DNA from: Spirochaetota bacterium
GTDB taxonomy: Bacteria; Spirochaetota; UBA4802; UBA5550
Reading direction: 5' to 3'
Assembly (NCBI GenBank): GCA_963663865.1
Contig: OY760686.1
Location: 3,072,001-3,136,000, forward strand
DNA: 64,000 bases
Under the pieces are notes generated by a model. It did not search any database. It saw only the letters and a program-made list of their open reading frames with translations, and was not told where the DNA came from. Each line of letters opens with the position of its first letter. Within the stretch, counting starts at the first letter, position 1. The position numbers and the translations under genes are program-made. Shown in pieces: positions 1 through 9,514 of this stretch.

Positions 1-261
1 GCGGGGCCACAGTCATACGAGGTCAGCTATGATGTCGCGTCAAAATTTCCTGCTGAATGTGCAACTATGAAGTCAGAAAGCATATTCCTTGATCTCTGGA
101 AATGCGTGAGGATGTCGCTTCGTTCCGCCGGGGTTCCATCCGCCAACATTTTTGAAAGCAGAATATGCACCATCAGCAGCAATGCCAGCTTTTTTTCTCA
201 CAGAAAGGGGGACAAAGGAAGGAACCTCAACTTTGCCTGCATGAAAAAGCCGGCCTGTTAA
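1..261 (+). CDS. pgeF: Peptidoglycan editing factor PgeF / YfiH laccase-domain protein, C-terminal part (5' truncated by window edge)
   Basis: Frame is open from base 1: AGPQSYEV...LDLW...L..AGV...NI...ICT....FFSHR.GD.GRN, the characteristic C-terminal motifs of the YfiH family. Confidence 0.85.
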   Translation, partial: AGPQSYEVSYDVASKFPAECATMKSESIFLDLWKCVRMSLRSAGVPSANIFESRICTISSNASFFSHRKGDKGRNLNFACMKKPAC

Positions 262-268
262 GCCGGCT
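244..268 (-). terminator. Intrinsic terminator downstream of glyS
   Basis: Minus strand AGCCGGC-TTAACAG-GCCGGCT followed by a short T run, just after the glyS stop and overlapping the convergent pgeF end. Confidence 0.55.
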
Positions 269-276
269 CACCATAT

Positions 277-2355
277 CTATTTATCCGAAATTCTTGAAAA
301 GTTCATAAGCTTAGTGAAATTTGAAAGTATACCTTCAAGCAAGCTGATTCTGTTATCACGGACCGCAATATCCTTATCCATTACCAGAACCTTATCGAAA
401 AAACTGTCAATAAGCGGTTTTCCGTTGATAATCATTTTAAACAGGTCTAAATACCTGCTCTCTGTAATCATCATTCCGATATCACCGCTATGCGTTTTAA
501 AGAATTCATAGAGGGCTTTTTCTTCATCCTCTTTGAGAAGCGGATCCTTAAAGCTAATTTGATAATCAGGGTTTTCCTTCCTGAAACCAGACACGATGTT
601 ATTCATTCTTTTGAACCCGAGAAGCATTTCGGAAAAACCTTTCTCTTTTCTGAATCGGTTAATACTTTCCGCCCTTCTATGCAGTTCAAGGAAGTCAGTG
701 CTTTCAGTGGAAAGACAGGCATCAATTTCGTCATAGCTGAAACCGCTTTCAGTAAAGATAGTCTTTGCCCTTGTCCTAACAAATTCAATAATCTTATCAA
801 CAAGATCACCGCCATTCTTATATAGAGGAGAAAGGCTTTCAAGAAGGCCCCTGAGTTCGATATTAATTCCGTTTTTAATAATAATGTCGACTACTGCATT
901 AGCCTGCCTCCTCAGTGCATAAGGGTCGGCTGATCCTTTAGGAATATTACCTACTGAGAACGACCCGAAAATATTGTCGATCTTCTCAGCAAGAGAAAGA
1001 CAGATTGACACATCATCATCAGGAACTTCATCTCCCTGGAAACGAGGCCTGTAATGATTTTCAATAGCCTCCGCAACCTCCGGAGCTTCACCGTCCAAAA
1101 GGGCATATATCCTCCCTATTTTACCCTGAAGCGAAGCAAATTCGTAAACCATAGCAGTGTTAAGATCAGTCTTGGAGAGCATTACTGCCCTTTCAACCAG
1201 AGCTTTTCTTGCATCATTAAGCCCCATTGCCTCCGAGAAGCCAAGTGCCGCAGATTTCATACGGATAATTTTGTCATATATTGAACCGAGGTCTCTGTGA
1301 AATAAAACATCCTTAAGGCTATCCACGATGTCCTCGAGTTTCTTCTTCCGGTCTTCAAGAAAAAAGAACCTGGCATCGTTAAAGCGGGCTGTTATTACCC
1401 TCTCATTGCCTGCTCTTATATTTTCTGTCGGCGGATTGTTGGAAACGGCAAGAAATCGGTTCACGAGCTGTCCCCTGGAATCTCTCAAAGCGAAATACTT
1501 CTGATGTTCCCGCATCTCAGCCACGAGAGCAACATCCGGCACGTCAAGGAACTCTTCCTTAAACGAACACACCACAACATGAGGCTTCTCAACAAGAAAT
1601 GTAACTATATCAAGCAGTTCATCATCCTTTTCGCAGACATAACCGGCTTTAGCGGCCTCATCATTAAGCATTTTTTCAATTGTTAACCTTCTTGATTCCT
1701 GATCAAGAACAACACCTGCATCCGCAAGAATAACCCCATATTCTTTGATAGAATTAACTGGAAACATTTTATTATTCTGAATGTAATGACCCCTGGTTGA
1801 TTGAGATGAGGATATTCCGTCCATTTCAAAAGGAACGTGCACATCATTAAAAAGCATCAAAAAATACCTTATTGGCCGTGGATACGTTAAAGTTTTATCC
1901 GACCACTTCATCCTCTTTGGAAATGGAGTGGATTTGACAAGCTCATCGACTATCCGAGGAAGAATAACTACTGTATCTTTTGATTCAAGCTTCCTGGTTG
2001 AAAAAATATATACCCCTTTTTCAGTTTCCCTTTCAAAAACATCATCAATCACCAGGCCGTTTGCCTTCATGAAGCCGTTAAGAGCCCCGGTAGCTTTTCC
2101 GTTACTGTCGTATGCGGCTTTCTTTGCCGGCCCTTTAAGCTCGGCAGTTTCAGAACGCTGTGAGAGCGCAACACCTGAAGCCATTACGGCTATTCGTCTT
2201 GGTGTTGCAAAGACCTTCACTTCAGCAAAATCTACTCTGTTCTCTTCAAGAAGCCTGGAAAACTGATCATGCATGGATTTCACTGCGGACGGTATATAGC
2301 CGGCTGGTATCTCTTCGGATCCTATCTCAAATAAAAAGTTTGCCTCATGTAGCAT
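277..2355 (-). CDS. glyS: Glycine--tRNA ligase beta subunit
   Basis: FLFEIGSEEIP, ATPRRIAV, FPKRMKW, RPIR, HQKYF, GNERVITARFNDARFF, GSADPYALRRQA and C-terminal DALR domain. ATG at 2355 has a GGAG RBS (ORF track starts at 2373). Confidence 0.97.
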   Translation of the reverse strand: MLHEANFLFEIGSEEIPAGYIPSAVKSMHDQFSRLLEENRVDFAEVKVFATPRRIAVMASGVALSQRSETAELKGPAKKAAYDSNGKATGALNGFMKANGLVIDDVFERETEKGVYIFSTRKLESKDTVVILPRIVDELVKSTPFPKRMKWSDKTLTYPRPIRYFLMLFNDVHVPFEMDGISSSQSTRGHYIQNNKMFPVNSIKEYGVILADAGVVLDQESRRLTIEKMLNDEAAKAGYVCEKDDELLDIVTFLVEKPHVVVCSFKEEFLDVPDVALVAEMREHQKYFALRDSRGQLVNRFLAVSNNPPTENIRAGNERVITARFNDARFFFLEDRKKKLEDIVDSLKDVLFHRDLGSIYDKIIRMKSAALGFSEAMGLNDARKALVERAVMLSKTDLNTAMVYEFASLQGKIGRIYALLDGEAPEVAEAIENHYRPRFQGDEVPDDDVSICLSLAEKIDNIFGSFSVGNIPKGSADPYALRRQANAVVDIIIKNGINIELRGLLESLSPLYKNGGDLVDKIIEFVRTRAKTIFTESGFSYDEIDACLSTESTDFLELHRRAESINRFRKEKGFSEMLLGFKRMNNIVSGFRKENPDYQISFKDPLLKEDEEKALYEFFKTHSGDIGMMITESRYLDLFKMIINGKPLIDSFFDKVLVMDKDIAVRDNRISLLEGILSNFTKLMNFSRISDK

Positions 2356-2569
2356 CAATAAGCTCCAGTTCAAATAGAATTAGCTGTTTTCTGTACTCAT
2401 TCCAGATTTCAATTTTTCGAATTAGCGTCCGACAACAAGACGCAGTCCGTTTTAAATTCACTAACAGGCTGCAGGAATATTTACAGTTAACAATTAACAT
2501 TCGCGCGGGGAAGCAGTCAGTCAATTATTTTTTATTTGGGTTTTTTTATTTCGGCAGTTGAGCAGGGGG

Positions 2570-3601
2570 TTATCTGTATCTGGAATTTTTGAGATATGAG
2601 TACGGGTTAACTTTTTTACCATGCGTAATAACTTCAAAATGGAGGTGAGGACCTGTGCTTCTACCGGTATTCCCGCTTCTGGCTATTGTCTGCCCCTGCC
2701 TCACGTACTGGCCGGGCCTTACAATACTCCTTGAAAGGTGAGCGTAAAGCGTCTTATACCCGTCGGGATGGGCAATTATAACAGCGTTGCCGTAACCGCC
2801 AAGCCACCCGGAAAAGGTGACTTTGCCGTATTTGGAAGCCTTGACCCACTCATAGTTGGCCCTTATGTCCATGCCGGAATGAAATTCCATATTTGCCCGG
2901 GTAAACGGGTTTCTGCGCCAACCGTAACCGCAGGTAATAACCCTGCTCCTGACCGGCCATAGGAAGCCGTCATAAATATTCTGAGGCTTCGCGTCAGGAA
3001 CAAAAATCATCCTTCCAGGCGCAATAAAGTCAGGATTTTTAAGATCGTTTTGAGTTACAATCTTCTCAAGAGAAACCTTATATTTTTTCGCGATATCTAC
3101 CAGACTTTTGCCCTTATCCATCTTATGAAGAATTCCGTCCTTATTAGGAATTCTAAGCACCTGACCCACGTTTATCAAATGATATGATTTGAGATTGCTG
3201 CTTCCACAAATAGTATCAATGGATACCCCGTACTGCTGAGCTATGTGAGAGAGTGTCTCGCCTTTTTTAACAATATGTTCTCTGACAATCAGCTTTTCTC
3301 TCTTATCAGGTGATGTATAATCGGTTTTATCGGACATCAGAAGTTTGTCCTTCATGATGTCATCAGATTCAGGCGAGATATCCGACCTGGAATCGTCATG
3401 AAAAACTGAAAGGCTGAAGAATAGGGCCGCGCATAATACAGAAAGACAGACTGAAGTCCTTAAAAGCAGCTTTCTTGGGCTAGTCCTCAAAGTCTTGACC
3501 AGTATCCGCTCTTTTCCGCTCCACAAAAAAACAATATCTCTTTTTGACAGAGACACTGAAAGCCTACCGATCTTTATGACTTTAGAGGGAATAAATTTCA
3601 T
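2570..3601 (-). CDS. Membrane-anchored LysM-domain M23 family peptidase
   Basis: TM segment, two LysM repeats (HIVKKGETLSHIA), HSGMD and HLH M23 motifs (GNTGRSTGPHLHFEV). Confidence 0.93.
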   Translation of the reverse strand: MKFIPSKVIKIGRLSVSLSKRDIVFLWSGKERILVKTLRTSPRKLLLRTSVCLSVLCAALFFSLSVFHDDSRSDISPESDDIMKDKLLMSDKTDYTSPDKREKLIVREHIVKKGETLSHIAQQYGVSIDTICGSSNLKSYHLINVGQVLRIPNKDGILHKMDKGKSLVDIAKKYKVSLEKIVTQNDLKNPDFIAPGRMIFVPDAKPQNIYDGFLWPVRSRVITCGYGWRRNPFTRANMEFHSGMDIRANYEWVKASKYGKVTFSGWLGGYGNAVIIAHPDGYKTLYAHLSRSIVRPGQYVRQGQTIARSGNTGRSTGPHLHFEVITHGKKVNPYSYLKNSRYR

Positions 3602-3670
3602 ATCAGGATATCAGACTCCAAACCACTTTCGCATATTATTCAGATATTTCATCTCGGCTGCACTTTGATA

Positions 3671-3698
3671 TTTTCGGCACCAGCCAGGCATCGCTTAA
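3671..3698 (-). promoter_or_regulatory. Putative sigma28 (FliA) promoter of the LysM/M23 gene
   Basis: Minus strand TTAAG-N15-GCCGAAAA about 70 nt upstream of the start. Confidence 0.45.
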
Positions 3699-3719
3699 TT
3701 CTTTATTAACAATTGCTGA

Positions 3720-4148
3720 TCAATTTGAGGTTTTCGCTTTCACCGCAGGTTCAGCCGCCTTTTGAACAGTCCCGCTGTAAGAGTCCTCAATCAATTTTTT
3801 TGCATCCTTCTTGTTACCGCCAGTGATAATAATATTGCCCTGAGCGACAACCCCGCGCTGTATTGAAATTACAGGAGCAACTATGTCGCCAAGAACTTTT
3901 CCTGTCTCAAGAAGTTTCACCTCTTCGTCAGCTTTGATGTTGCCTATTACGGTTCCGGCGACAACAACTGACCGGGCAACAATATCTGTTTTAACACGTC
4001 CAGTGACGCCCACAACAAGCTCATCGTCAGTTTTAATCTCGCCTTCAAACTTTCCGTCGATTCGAAGTGATCCGCTAATAAAAAACTTACCTTCAAAAAC
4101 AGAACCGGAACCTATAGTACTGTTGATAATATCACTTTTAGCTGCCAT
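3720..4148 (-). CDS. Bactofilin (polymer-forming cytoskeletal protein)
   Basis: STIGSGSVFEG, LRIDGKFEGEI, VVVAGTVIGNI, GKVLGDI beta-helix repeats. Confidence 0.93.
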   Translation of the reverse strand: MAAKSDIINSTIGSGSVFEGKFFISGSLRIDGKFEGEIKTDDELVVGVTGRVKTDIVARSVVVAGTVIGNIKADEEVKLLETGKVLGDIVAPVISIQRGVVAQGNIIITGGNKKDAKKLIEDSYSGTVQKAAEPAVKAKTSN

Positions 4149-4288
4149 GTTAACTCCCTTTATGGAATTATAAGTATTTCCTGAATAGTTTTAATCTACC
4201 GGCCTTCAGCATAAAATCAACAATTTAACGCCTTAAAAGCTCGAAGACCGAAAATATGTTATGGATAATAAGCGGGCTGTCTCCGGAG

Positions 4289-5554
4289 TCAAGATATTTT
4301 CAAATCTAACGATTTTAAATCCCTGTCCTTGAGCTTGCCAAGGGTTATAAGTGAAACCTGCGCTCCGGCAAAGAGCTTATCAGAAAGCCTTTGAAAAGAG
4401 CCCATATCGACCGCGTCTATCTGCGCTGAAATCTCATCAAAAGAATAGTTTCTTCCAAACACCATCTCGCTCTTTGCGAGCTGCCCCATTCGGACTTCAT
4501 TGCTTTCGAAGCTCAAAGCCATATTCCCCCGAATGAATGTTTTAGCGTCAGCCAGCTCTTCGTCGCTTATTCCATTTTCAGAAATCTGTCTGCACTCCTC
4601 CAGAATAAGAGAAACGGCCTTTTCAAATTTTGACGGGGCGGTAGCGCAGTAAATCCCGAAAATGCCGGCATCGCTAAATGATGAATGGAAAGAATATATT
4701 GAATAGCTCAGAGCCTGTTCCTCGCGAATCTTCTGAAAAAGCCTTGAAGACATGCTGCCGCCGAGTATTGTGCTCAAAACATACATTGTCCACCTGTCGC
4801 TGTCATCCCGCCTGAGGCCGGGAAGCCCCATGCACAGGTGAACTTGCTCAAGGTCTCTGTTAATGTGGTATTGTCTGGGGATAATAACAGATACGGATTC
4901 GCTGCCCTCTGTATTTGAACCAGGCTTGCAGTCCCTGCTGAAATACTTCGCTATCAGAGCTGAAGCCTCATCAGGATCAAAGTTTCCCGCTATGGCAGCG
5001 ATAGTGTTGGAGGCAAGATAATGCCCCTTAAAAAAGCCGGTAAGTGATTCTCTCGTTGATGATTTTATGCCTTGCTCAGACCCGAGGATTGAGTGCCCAA
5101 GCGGATGCCCGGAGAGCATCTTTTCGACAAAGACATCATGAATATACTCATCAGGTGTATCCTCATACATCCTGATTTCTTCAATAATAACATTTTTTTC
5201 TCTTTCGAGCTCTTGCGGCTCGAACAGGGAATTGTAATACATATCTGAGAGAACGCTGATGGCCAGCTCAAGGTATTCCGCCATTACACTGATATAGTAG
5301 CAGGTGTATTCCCTGTTGGTGGCGGCGTTGTGCTGCCCGCCAACCCTGTCAATTTTGCGTGCAAGTTCCTTCGCGGAACATCCTTCTGTACCTTTAAAAA
5401 GCATATGCTCAACAAAGTGAGCATATCCGTACTCGTCTTCCCTCTCCGATCGGGAACCGGCCTTAAGCCAGATTCCCACGGAAATGGAAGCCGAAGTATT
5501 AATTGGCTCAAGCAGTACTCTGAGCCCGTTATCCTGAGAATATGCAGTAATCAT
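4289..5554 (-). CDS. M16 family zinc peptidase (pitrilysin-like)
   Basis: HFVEHMLFKGT inverted zinc motif, LGGSMSSRLFQKIRE; typical position downstream of pnp. Confidence 0.95.
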   Translation of the reverse strand: MITAYSQDNGLRVLLEPINTSASISVGIWLKAGSRSEREDEYGYAHFVEHMLFKGTEGCSAKELARKIDRVGGQHNAATNREYTCYYISVMAEYLELAISVLSDMYYNSLFEPQELEREKNVIIEEIRMYEDTPDEYIHDVFVEKMLSGHPLGHSILGSEQGIKSSTRESLTGFFKGHYLASNTIAAIAGNFDPDEASALIAKYFSRDCKPGSNTEGSESVSVIIPRQYHINRDLEQVHLCMGLPGLRRDDSDRWTMYVLSTILGGSMSSRLFQKIREEQALSYSIYSFHSSFSDAGIFGIYCATAPSKFEKAVSLILEECRQISENGISDEELADAKTFIRGNMALSFESNEVRMGQLAKSEMVFGRNYSFDEISAQIDAVDMGSFQRLSDKLFAGAQVSLITLGKLKDRDLKSLDLKIS

Positions 5555-7644
5555 TCGGCTGATTCAGTCTTCTCCAGAGCATCCTTTCTGCTCAGGTCGA
5601 CACGTCCCTGCTTGTCCACCTTTACAACCTTGACTTTAAACCGGTCACCAAGAGCCACTACATCAGCGACGCTTCTAACTCTGGCAGTATCAAGATTGGA
5701 GATATGAACAAGGCCTTCTTTGCCGGGAAGATATTCAACAAAGCATCCGAAATCGACAATTTTCTTTACGATACCATCGTAAACATCACCGATCTCAACC
5801 TCACGCACAAGCCCCTGGATTATGCTTGCGGCGCTGTCAATAGACTCCTGTTCATCAGAAGAAACAGTTACAGTACCATCGTCTTCGACATTAATGGAGG
5901 CTCCCGTTTCTTCGATTATTCTTTTTATAACCTTTCCGCCGGCGCCTATAACAACACCAATCTTGTCAGGATCTATCTTGAAAGACTGCATCTTGGGCGC
6001 ATACTTTGACAATTCTGATGCCGGTTTTGATGCAACCTGATTCATTTTATCCAGGATGTAGAGTCTGCCCTCTCTGGCCTGATTCAGCGCATCCTTCATT
6101 ATTTCAGTTGTAATTCCTTCGACTTTGATATCCAGCTGAAATGCCGTTATTCCTTTTTCTGTACCTGTCACCTTGAAATCCATGTCTCCGAGATGGTCTT
6201 CAAGTCCCTGAATATCGCTCAATATCGCGTATTTATCGCCCTCAATAATTAAACCCATCGCTATTCCGGCTACAGCTGCCTTCAACGGTACTCCTGCGTT
6301 AAACATCGACAGCGACCCGGAGCATACAGTTGCCATTGAAGAAGAACCGTTTGATTCCAGAACCTCCGACACCTGACGGATAGTGTAAGGGAAATCCTTT
6401 TCATCAGGGATTACATATTCGAGCGCTCTTTCTGCCAGCATTCCGTGGCCGATCTCACGTCGTCCTGAACCGCCGGTTCTGCCAGTTTCTCCAACGCTGA
6501 ATGGCGGGAAATGATAGTGGAGCATAAACCGCTTTGACGTCTCACCTTCAAGGTTATCCATACGCTGGGCATCAGCAACACTTCCAAGGGTAGTAACACC
6601 AAGACTCTGTGTCTGCCCGCGTGTAAATACAGCTGATCCGTGCGCTCTTGGAAGCAGTCCGATAACTATATCTATGGGCCTGATATCCTTAAGCCCCCGG
6701 CCGTCGGCGCGTTTTCCATCCTGCAATATTCTGCCGCGGAGCACTTCACCGTCAAAGCCGTCAATGATTTCTCTTGTCTGTCCAATTGATTCAGGAAACT
6801 TTTCCGCAAATTCGGCTACAGCCTTTTCAACGATAGCGGCGAAAGCTTTCTCACGCTGTTTTTTTTCTGTAACAGAGCCCAGAGCCTCAACATCTCTGTA
6901 GAAAGCCCCCCTCAGGGCAGCAACAAGCTCCGAATCATTAAGATGAGGGGTAAACTCAAAGGGCTCCTTCTCAACTCGTGACGCGAAATCCCTCTGTCCT
7001 GAACAGATATGCTTGATTTGACCGTGAGCGAACTCGACCGCGGCAAGAACTTCATCTTCCGAAAGACACTGTGCTGAACCTTCAATCATGGTTACAGCCT
7101 TTTCAGTTCCGGCAACTACGAGATCAATATCGCTTTTTTCTGATTCTTCAAAGGTAGGGTTAACGACCCATTCTCCTCCGACACGTCCAACCCTCACCGC
7201 TCCTACAGGCCCCTTAAAGGGAATGCCCGAAACCATCAAAGCAGCAGAAGCAGCGTTTATGGCAAGTACATCAGGCTGGTTTTGTTTGTCATGAGACAGA
7301 ACATAGATTATTATCTGAACCTCATTCAGGAAACCCTCAGGAAATAACGGCCTGAGTGGTCTGTCTGTTAGACGGCACACAAGAGTCTCCCTGTCAGAGG
7401 GCCTTGACTCTCTTTTTATAAATCCGCCGGGGATCTTTCCGGCAGCGTACACTTTTTCTCTATAATCGACCGTCAGCGGGAAAAAATCCTGTCCCTCTCT
7501 GACACTCTTATTCGCTACAACCGAAGCAAAGACCATGGTTTCGCCATAAGCAACGCAAACAGCTCCATCTGCCTGCTTGGCGAGATAGCCTGTATTAAAA
7601 TTAAGCTTCTGCTTTCCTACATCAATACTGAAATCTATACTCAT
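5551..7644 (-). CDS. pnp: Polyribonucleotide nucleotidyltransferase
   Basis: DFFPLTVDYRE, RREIGHG, ESNGSSSMA, DHLGDMDFKV, C-terminal KH and S1 domains. Confidence 0.99.
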   Translation of the reverse strand: MSIDFSIDVGKQKLNFNTGYLAKQADGAVCVAYGETMVFASVVANKSVREGQDFFPLTVDYREKVYAAGKIPGGFIKRESRPSDRETLVCRLTDRPLRPLFPEGFLNEVQIIIYVLSHDKQNQPDVLAINAASAALMVSGIPFKGPVGAVRVGRVGGEWVVNPTFEESEKSDIDLVVAGTEKAVTMIEGSAQCLSEDEVLAAVEFAHGQIKHICSGQRDFASRVEKEPFEFTPHLNDSELVAALRGAFYRDVEALGSVTEKKQREKAFAAIVEKAVAEFAEKFPESIGQTREIIDGFDGEVLRGRILQDGKRADGRGLKDIRPIDIVIGLLPRAHGSAVFTRGQTQSLGVTTLGSVADAQRMDNLEGETSKRFMLHYHFPPFSVGETGRTGGSGRREIGHGMLAERALEYVIPDEKDFPYTIRQVSEVLESNGSSSMATVCSGSLSMFNAGVPLKAAVAGIAMGLIIEGDKYAILSDIQGLEDHLGDMDFKVTGTEKGITAFQLDIKVEGITTEIMKDALNQAREGRLYILDKMNQVASKPASELSKYAPKMQSFKIDPDKIGVVIGAGGKVIKRIIEETGASINVEDDGTVTVSSDEQESIDSAASIIQGLVREVEIGDVYDGIVKKIVDFGCFVEYLPGKEGLVHISNLDTARVRSVADVVALGDRFKVKVVKVDKQGRVDLSRKDALEKTESAE

Positions 7645-7667
7645 TTATGCACCTCTTATTTTTTTTG

Positions 7668-7790
7668 GGCTTTCCACAGAGATCATAAGATTTCAATCAA
7701 GTCAGAATACAGGAGTCAGGCATCAACCGGGATACCTCACTGCTACATTCTGACATGAAACCTTTGCTCTTCAGGCCTCTATGGAAGGCC
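7668..7790 (-). promoter_or_regulatory. Long stem-loop in the pnp 5' leader (probable RNase III / autoregulation site)
   Basis: Nested inverted repeats: GGCCTTCCATAGAG / CTCTGTGGAAAGCC, TTTCA/TGAAA, GTCAGAAT/ATTCTGAC between rpsO and pnp. Confidence 0.6.
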
Positions 7791-7805
7791 GAACTCGAAC
7801 CGGCC

Positions 7806-8063
7806 TTATCGGCGCAGTCCGAGATTTTTTATTATTGATCTGTATCGCTCAAGATCTTTTTTCTTCAGATAAGCAAGCAGTCTTCTTCTCTGACCGACAA
7901 GCTTAAGAAGTCCCCTTCTTGAATGATGATCTTTTGTGTGGATTTTAAAATGCTCAGTCAGGTGGTTGATTCTCTCGGTAAGAATTGCAATCTGTACCTC
8001 TGGAGAACCAGTGTCTCCCTCGTGAGTTTTAAACTTCTCTATTACTTCGCTCTTATTTGTCAT
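7806..8063 (-). CDS. rpsO: 30S ribosomal protein S15
   Basis: [35 protein letters not shown] at 8063 lies 7 nt after an AAGGAGGA RBS. Confidence 0.99.
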   Translation of the reverse strand: MTNKSEVIEKFKTHEGDTGSPEVQIAILTERINHLTEHFKIHTKDHHSRRGLLKLVGQRRRLLAYLKKKDLERYRSIIKNLGLRR

Positions 8064-8113
8064 TTTCATGTCCTCCTTAGACAGCTTAACATCAAAAATA
8101 TATTTCACAGTAT

Positions 8114-8192
8114 CGGCATTTAATCAACCACTCAGCGCTGGCGAAGGACTTACGGCCCAGAGGGCCACTGAATGATGATGATTTTAATGCCG
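8114..8192 (-). promoter_or_regulatory. Putative S15-binding rpsO mRNA leader structure
   Basis: Minus strand CGGCATT/AATGCCG, AATCA/TGATT and CATTCAGTG/CGCTGAGTG helices (G-U compatible) enclose a branched apex directly upstream of rpsO. Confidence 0.6.
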
Positions 8193-9119
8193 CTGATTGC
8201 TGAAAACGTTCAGGTACTCTATACGCCATTTATCAACATCTATATCGGCAATGGCAACCAGTTTTTTTCGCTTATCACAGATCATATAGGTTTTTTTAAC
8301 TCCTGGAATAATCGAAATGACATCCTCACGGCTGAAAAACGCACCATTATAAACCCTCAAAACAGTACTGTCATCAATGGTTACGCTGCCAAATCCATGT
8401 AGCGCGGAAGCAGGCTCAATAACTGCCTCAGAATTGAAATTGCCTGATTCGAGTTCATCAATTGTTAGAGCCTTATCAACGGAAAATTCCCCTGAAGCAG
8501 TCCTTCTCAGACCGGCCACATACGCCCCGGTTCCCAGAGCCTTGCCGATATCGCCCGCGAGCGATCTTATATATGTTCCCTTTGAGCAGTGTACTTCCAT
8601 CTCAAACAGGCCGCTTTCTTCATCATAGCTCAATATCTCGAGACTGAATATTGTGATTCGTCTTTCAGCGAGTTTTACCTCCTTCCCGCTTCTGGCTATA
8701 TCAGAAGCCCTCTTTCCAGATATCTTGAGGGCGGAATATATCGGCGGTGACTGAAGGATTTCTCCCCGGAATGCCGAAGCAGCGGCTCTGACATCGTTCA
8801 AAGTCACTCCAGCGAATGGTGCCTCTGAAATAATGCTGCCCTCTGGATCAAGGGTATCGGTGGTCCGCCCAAGCTGAACTGAAGCAGTGTATTTTTTATC
8901 GCTGTCCAGGAAAAATCTGGTGAGCCTCGTTGCCGATCCGGTACAGACAAGCATGAGCCCGGTAGCGAACCGGTCGAGCGTACCTGAGTGACCTGCTTTT
9001 TTCTGGCGGGTAATCCGCTTTACCGCGTTGACAACGGCAGCTGATGTTATACCGGCAGGTTTGTCTACGAGAATTACCCTGTCATGACAGGGCAATGAGC
9101 CAGAGGCAAAACTTCTCAC
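8184..9119 (-). CDS. truB: tRNA pseudouridine(55) synthase TruB
   Basis: DKPAGITS, GHSGTLD, PPIYSALK, CSKGTYIRSL. Start uncertain (GTG 9119 assumed; ORF track 9152). Confidence 0.96.
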   Translation of the reverse strand: MRSFASGSLPCHDRVILVDKPAGITSAAVVNAVKRITRQKKAGHSGTLDRFATGLMLVCTGSATRLTRFFLDSDKKYTASVQLGRTTDTLDPEGSIISEAPFAGVTLNDVRAAASAFRGEILQSPPIYSALKISGKRASDIARSGKEVKLAERRITIFSLEILSYDEESGLFEMEVHCSKGTYIRSLAGDIGKALGTGAYVAGLRRTASGEFSVDKALTIDELESGNFNSEAVIEPASALHGFGSVTIDDSTVLRVYNGAFFSREDVISIIPGVKKTYMICDKRKKLVAIADIDVDKWRIEYLNVFSNQRH

Positions 9120-9123
9120 TATC

Positions 9124-9504
9124 TCAGTTTTCCTCTTCTTCTCCGGAATCATCGCCGGAATCCTTTACTCCGTCAAGCCCATTAATCAGGCCAACCATCT
9201 CAACACCCTCAGCGACGGATGCATCAAGAACAAAATAAATCCTGGGCACATGACGAATACCAAGCGCCTTTCCGACAAGATGCTGGATATAGCCAGCTGA
9301 TGAGCGCAGTCCCTCGAGACTTTTACGGCGCTCTCTGGGGGTTCCCAAAACGGATATCCCCACCTCGGCAGTTGAAAAATCCTTGCTGATTTTTACGCTT
9401 GTTATAGAAGCAAATCCGATTCTGGGGTCTTTAATTTCACGGATCATAATCTCTGAAATTAGACGCCGGATCTGCTCCTGAAGTTTATCTTTTCTGTAAG
9501 CCAT
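9124..9504 (-). CDS. rbfA: Ribosome-binding factor A
   Basis: IKDPRIG, SKDFSTA, RHVPRIYFVLD; position downstream of infB. Confidence 0.96.
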   Translation of the reverse strand: MAYRKDKLQEQIRRLISEIMIREIKDPRIGFASITSVKISKDFSTAEVGISVLGTPRERRKSLEGLRSSAGYIQHLVGKALGIRHVPRIYFVLDASVAEGVEMVGLINGLDGVKDSGDDSGEEEEN

Positions 9505-9514
9505 TATCTACCAA

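Noticed and set aside
7787-7805. GGCCGAACTCGAACCGGCC resembles a reverse tRNA T-arm
   Set aside because: No cloverleaf or acceptor stem; it is a short hairpin right after the rpsO stop
8184-8200. ribF absent between truB and rpsO
   Set aside because: Common gene-order variation; no remnant visible
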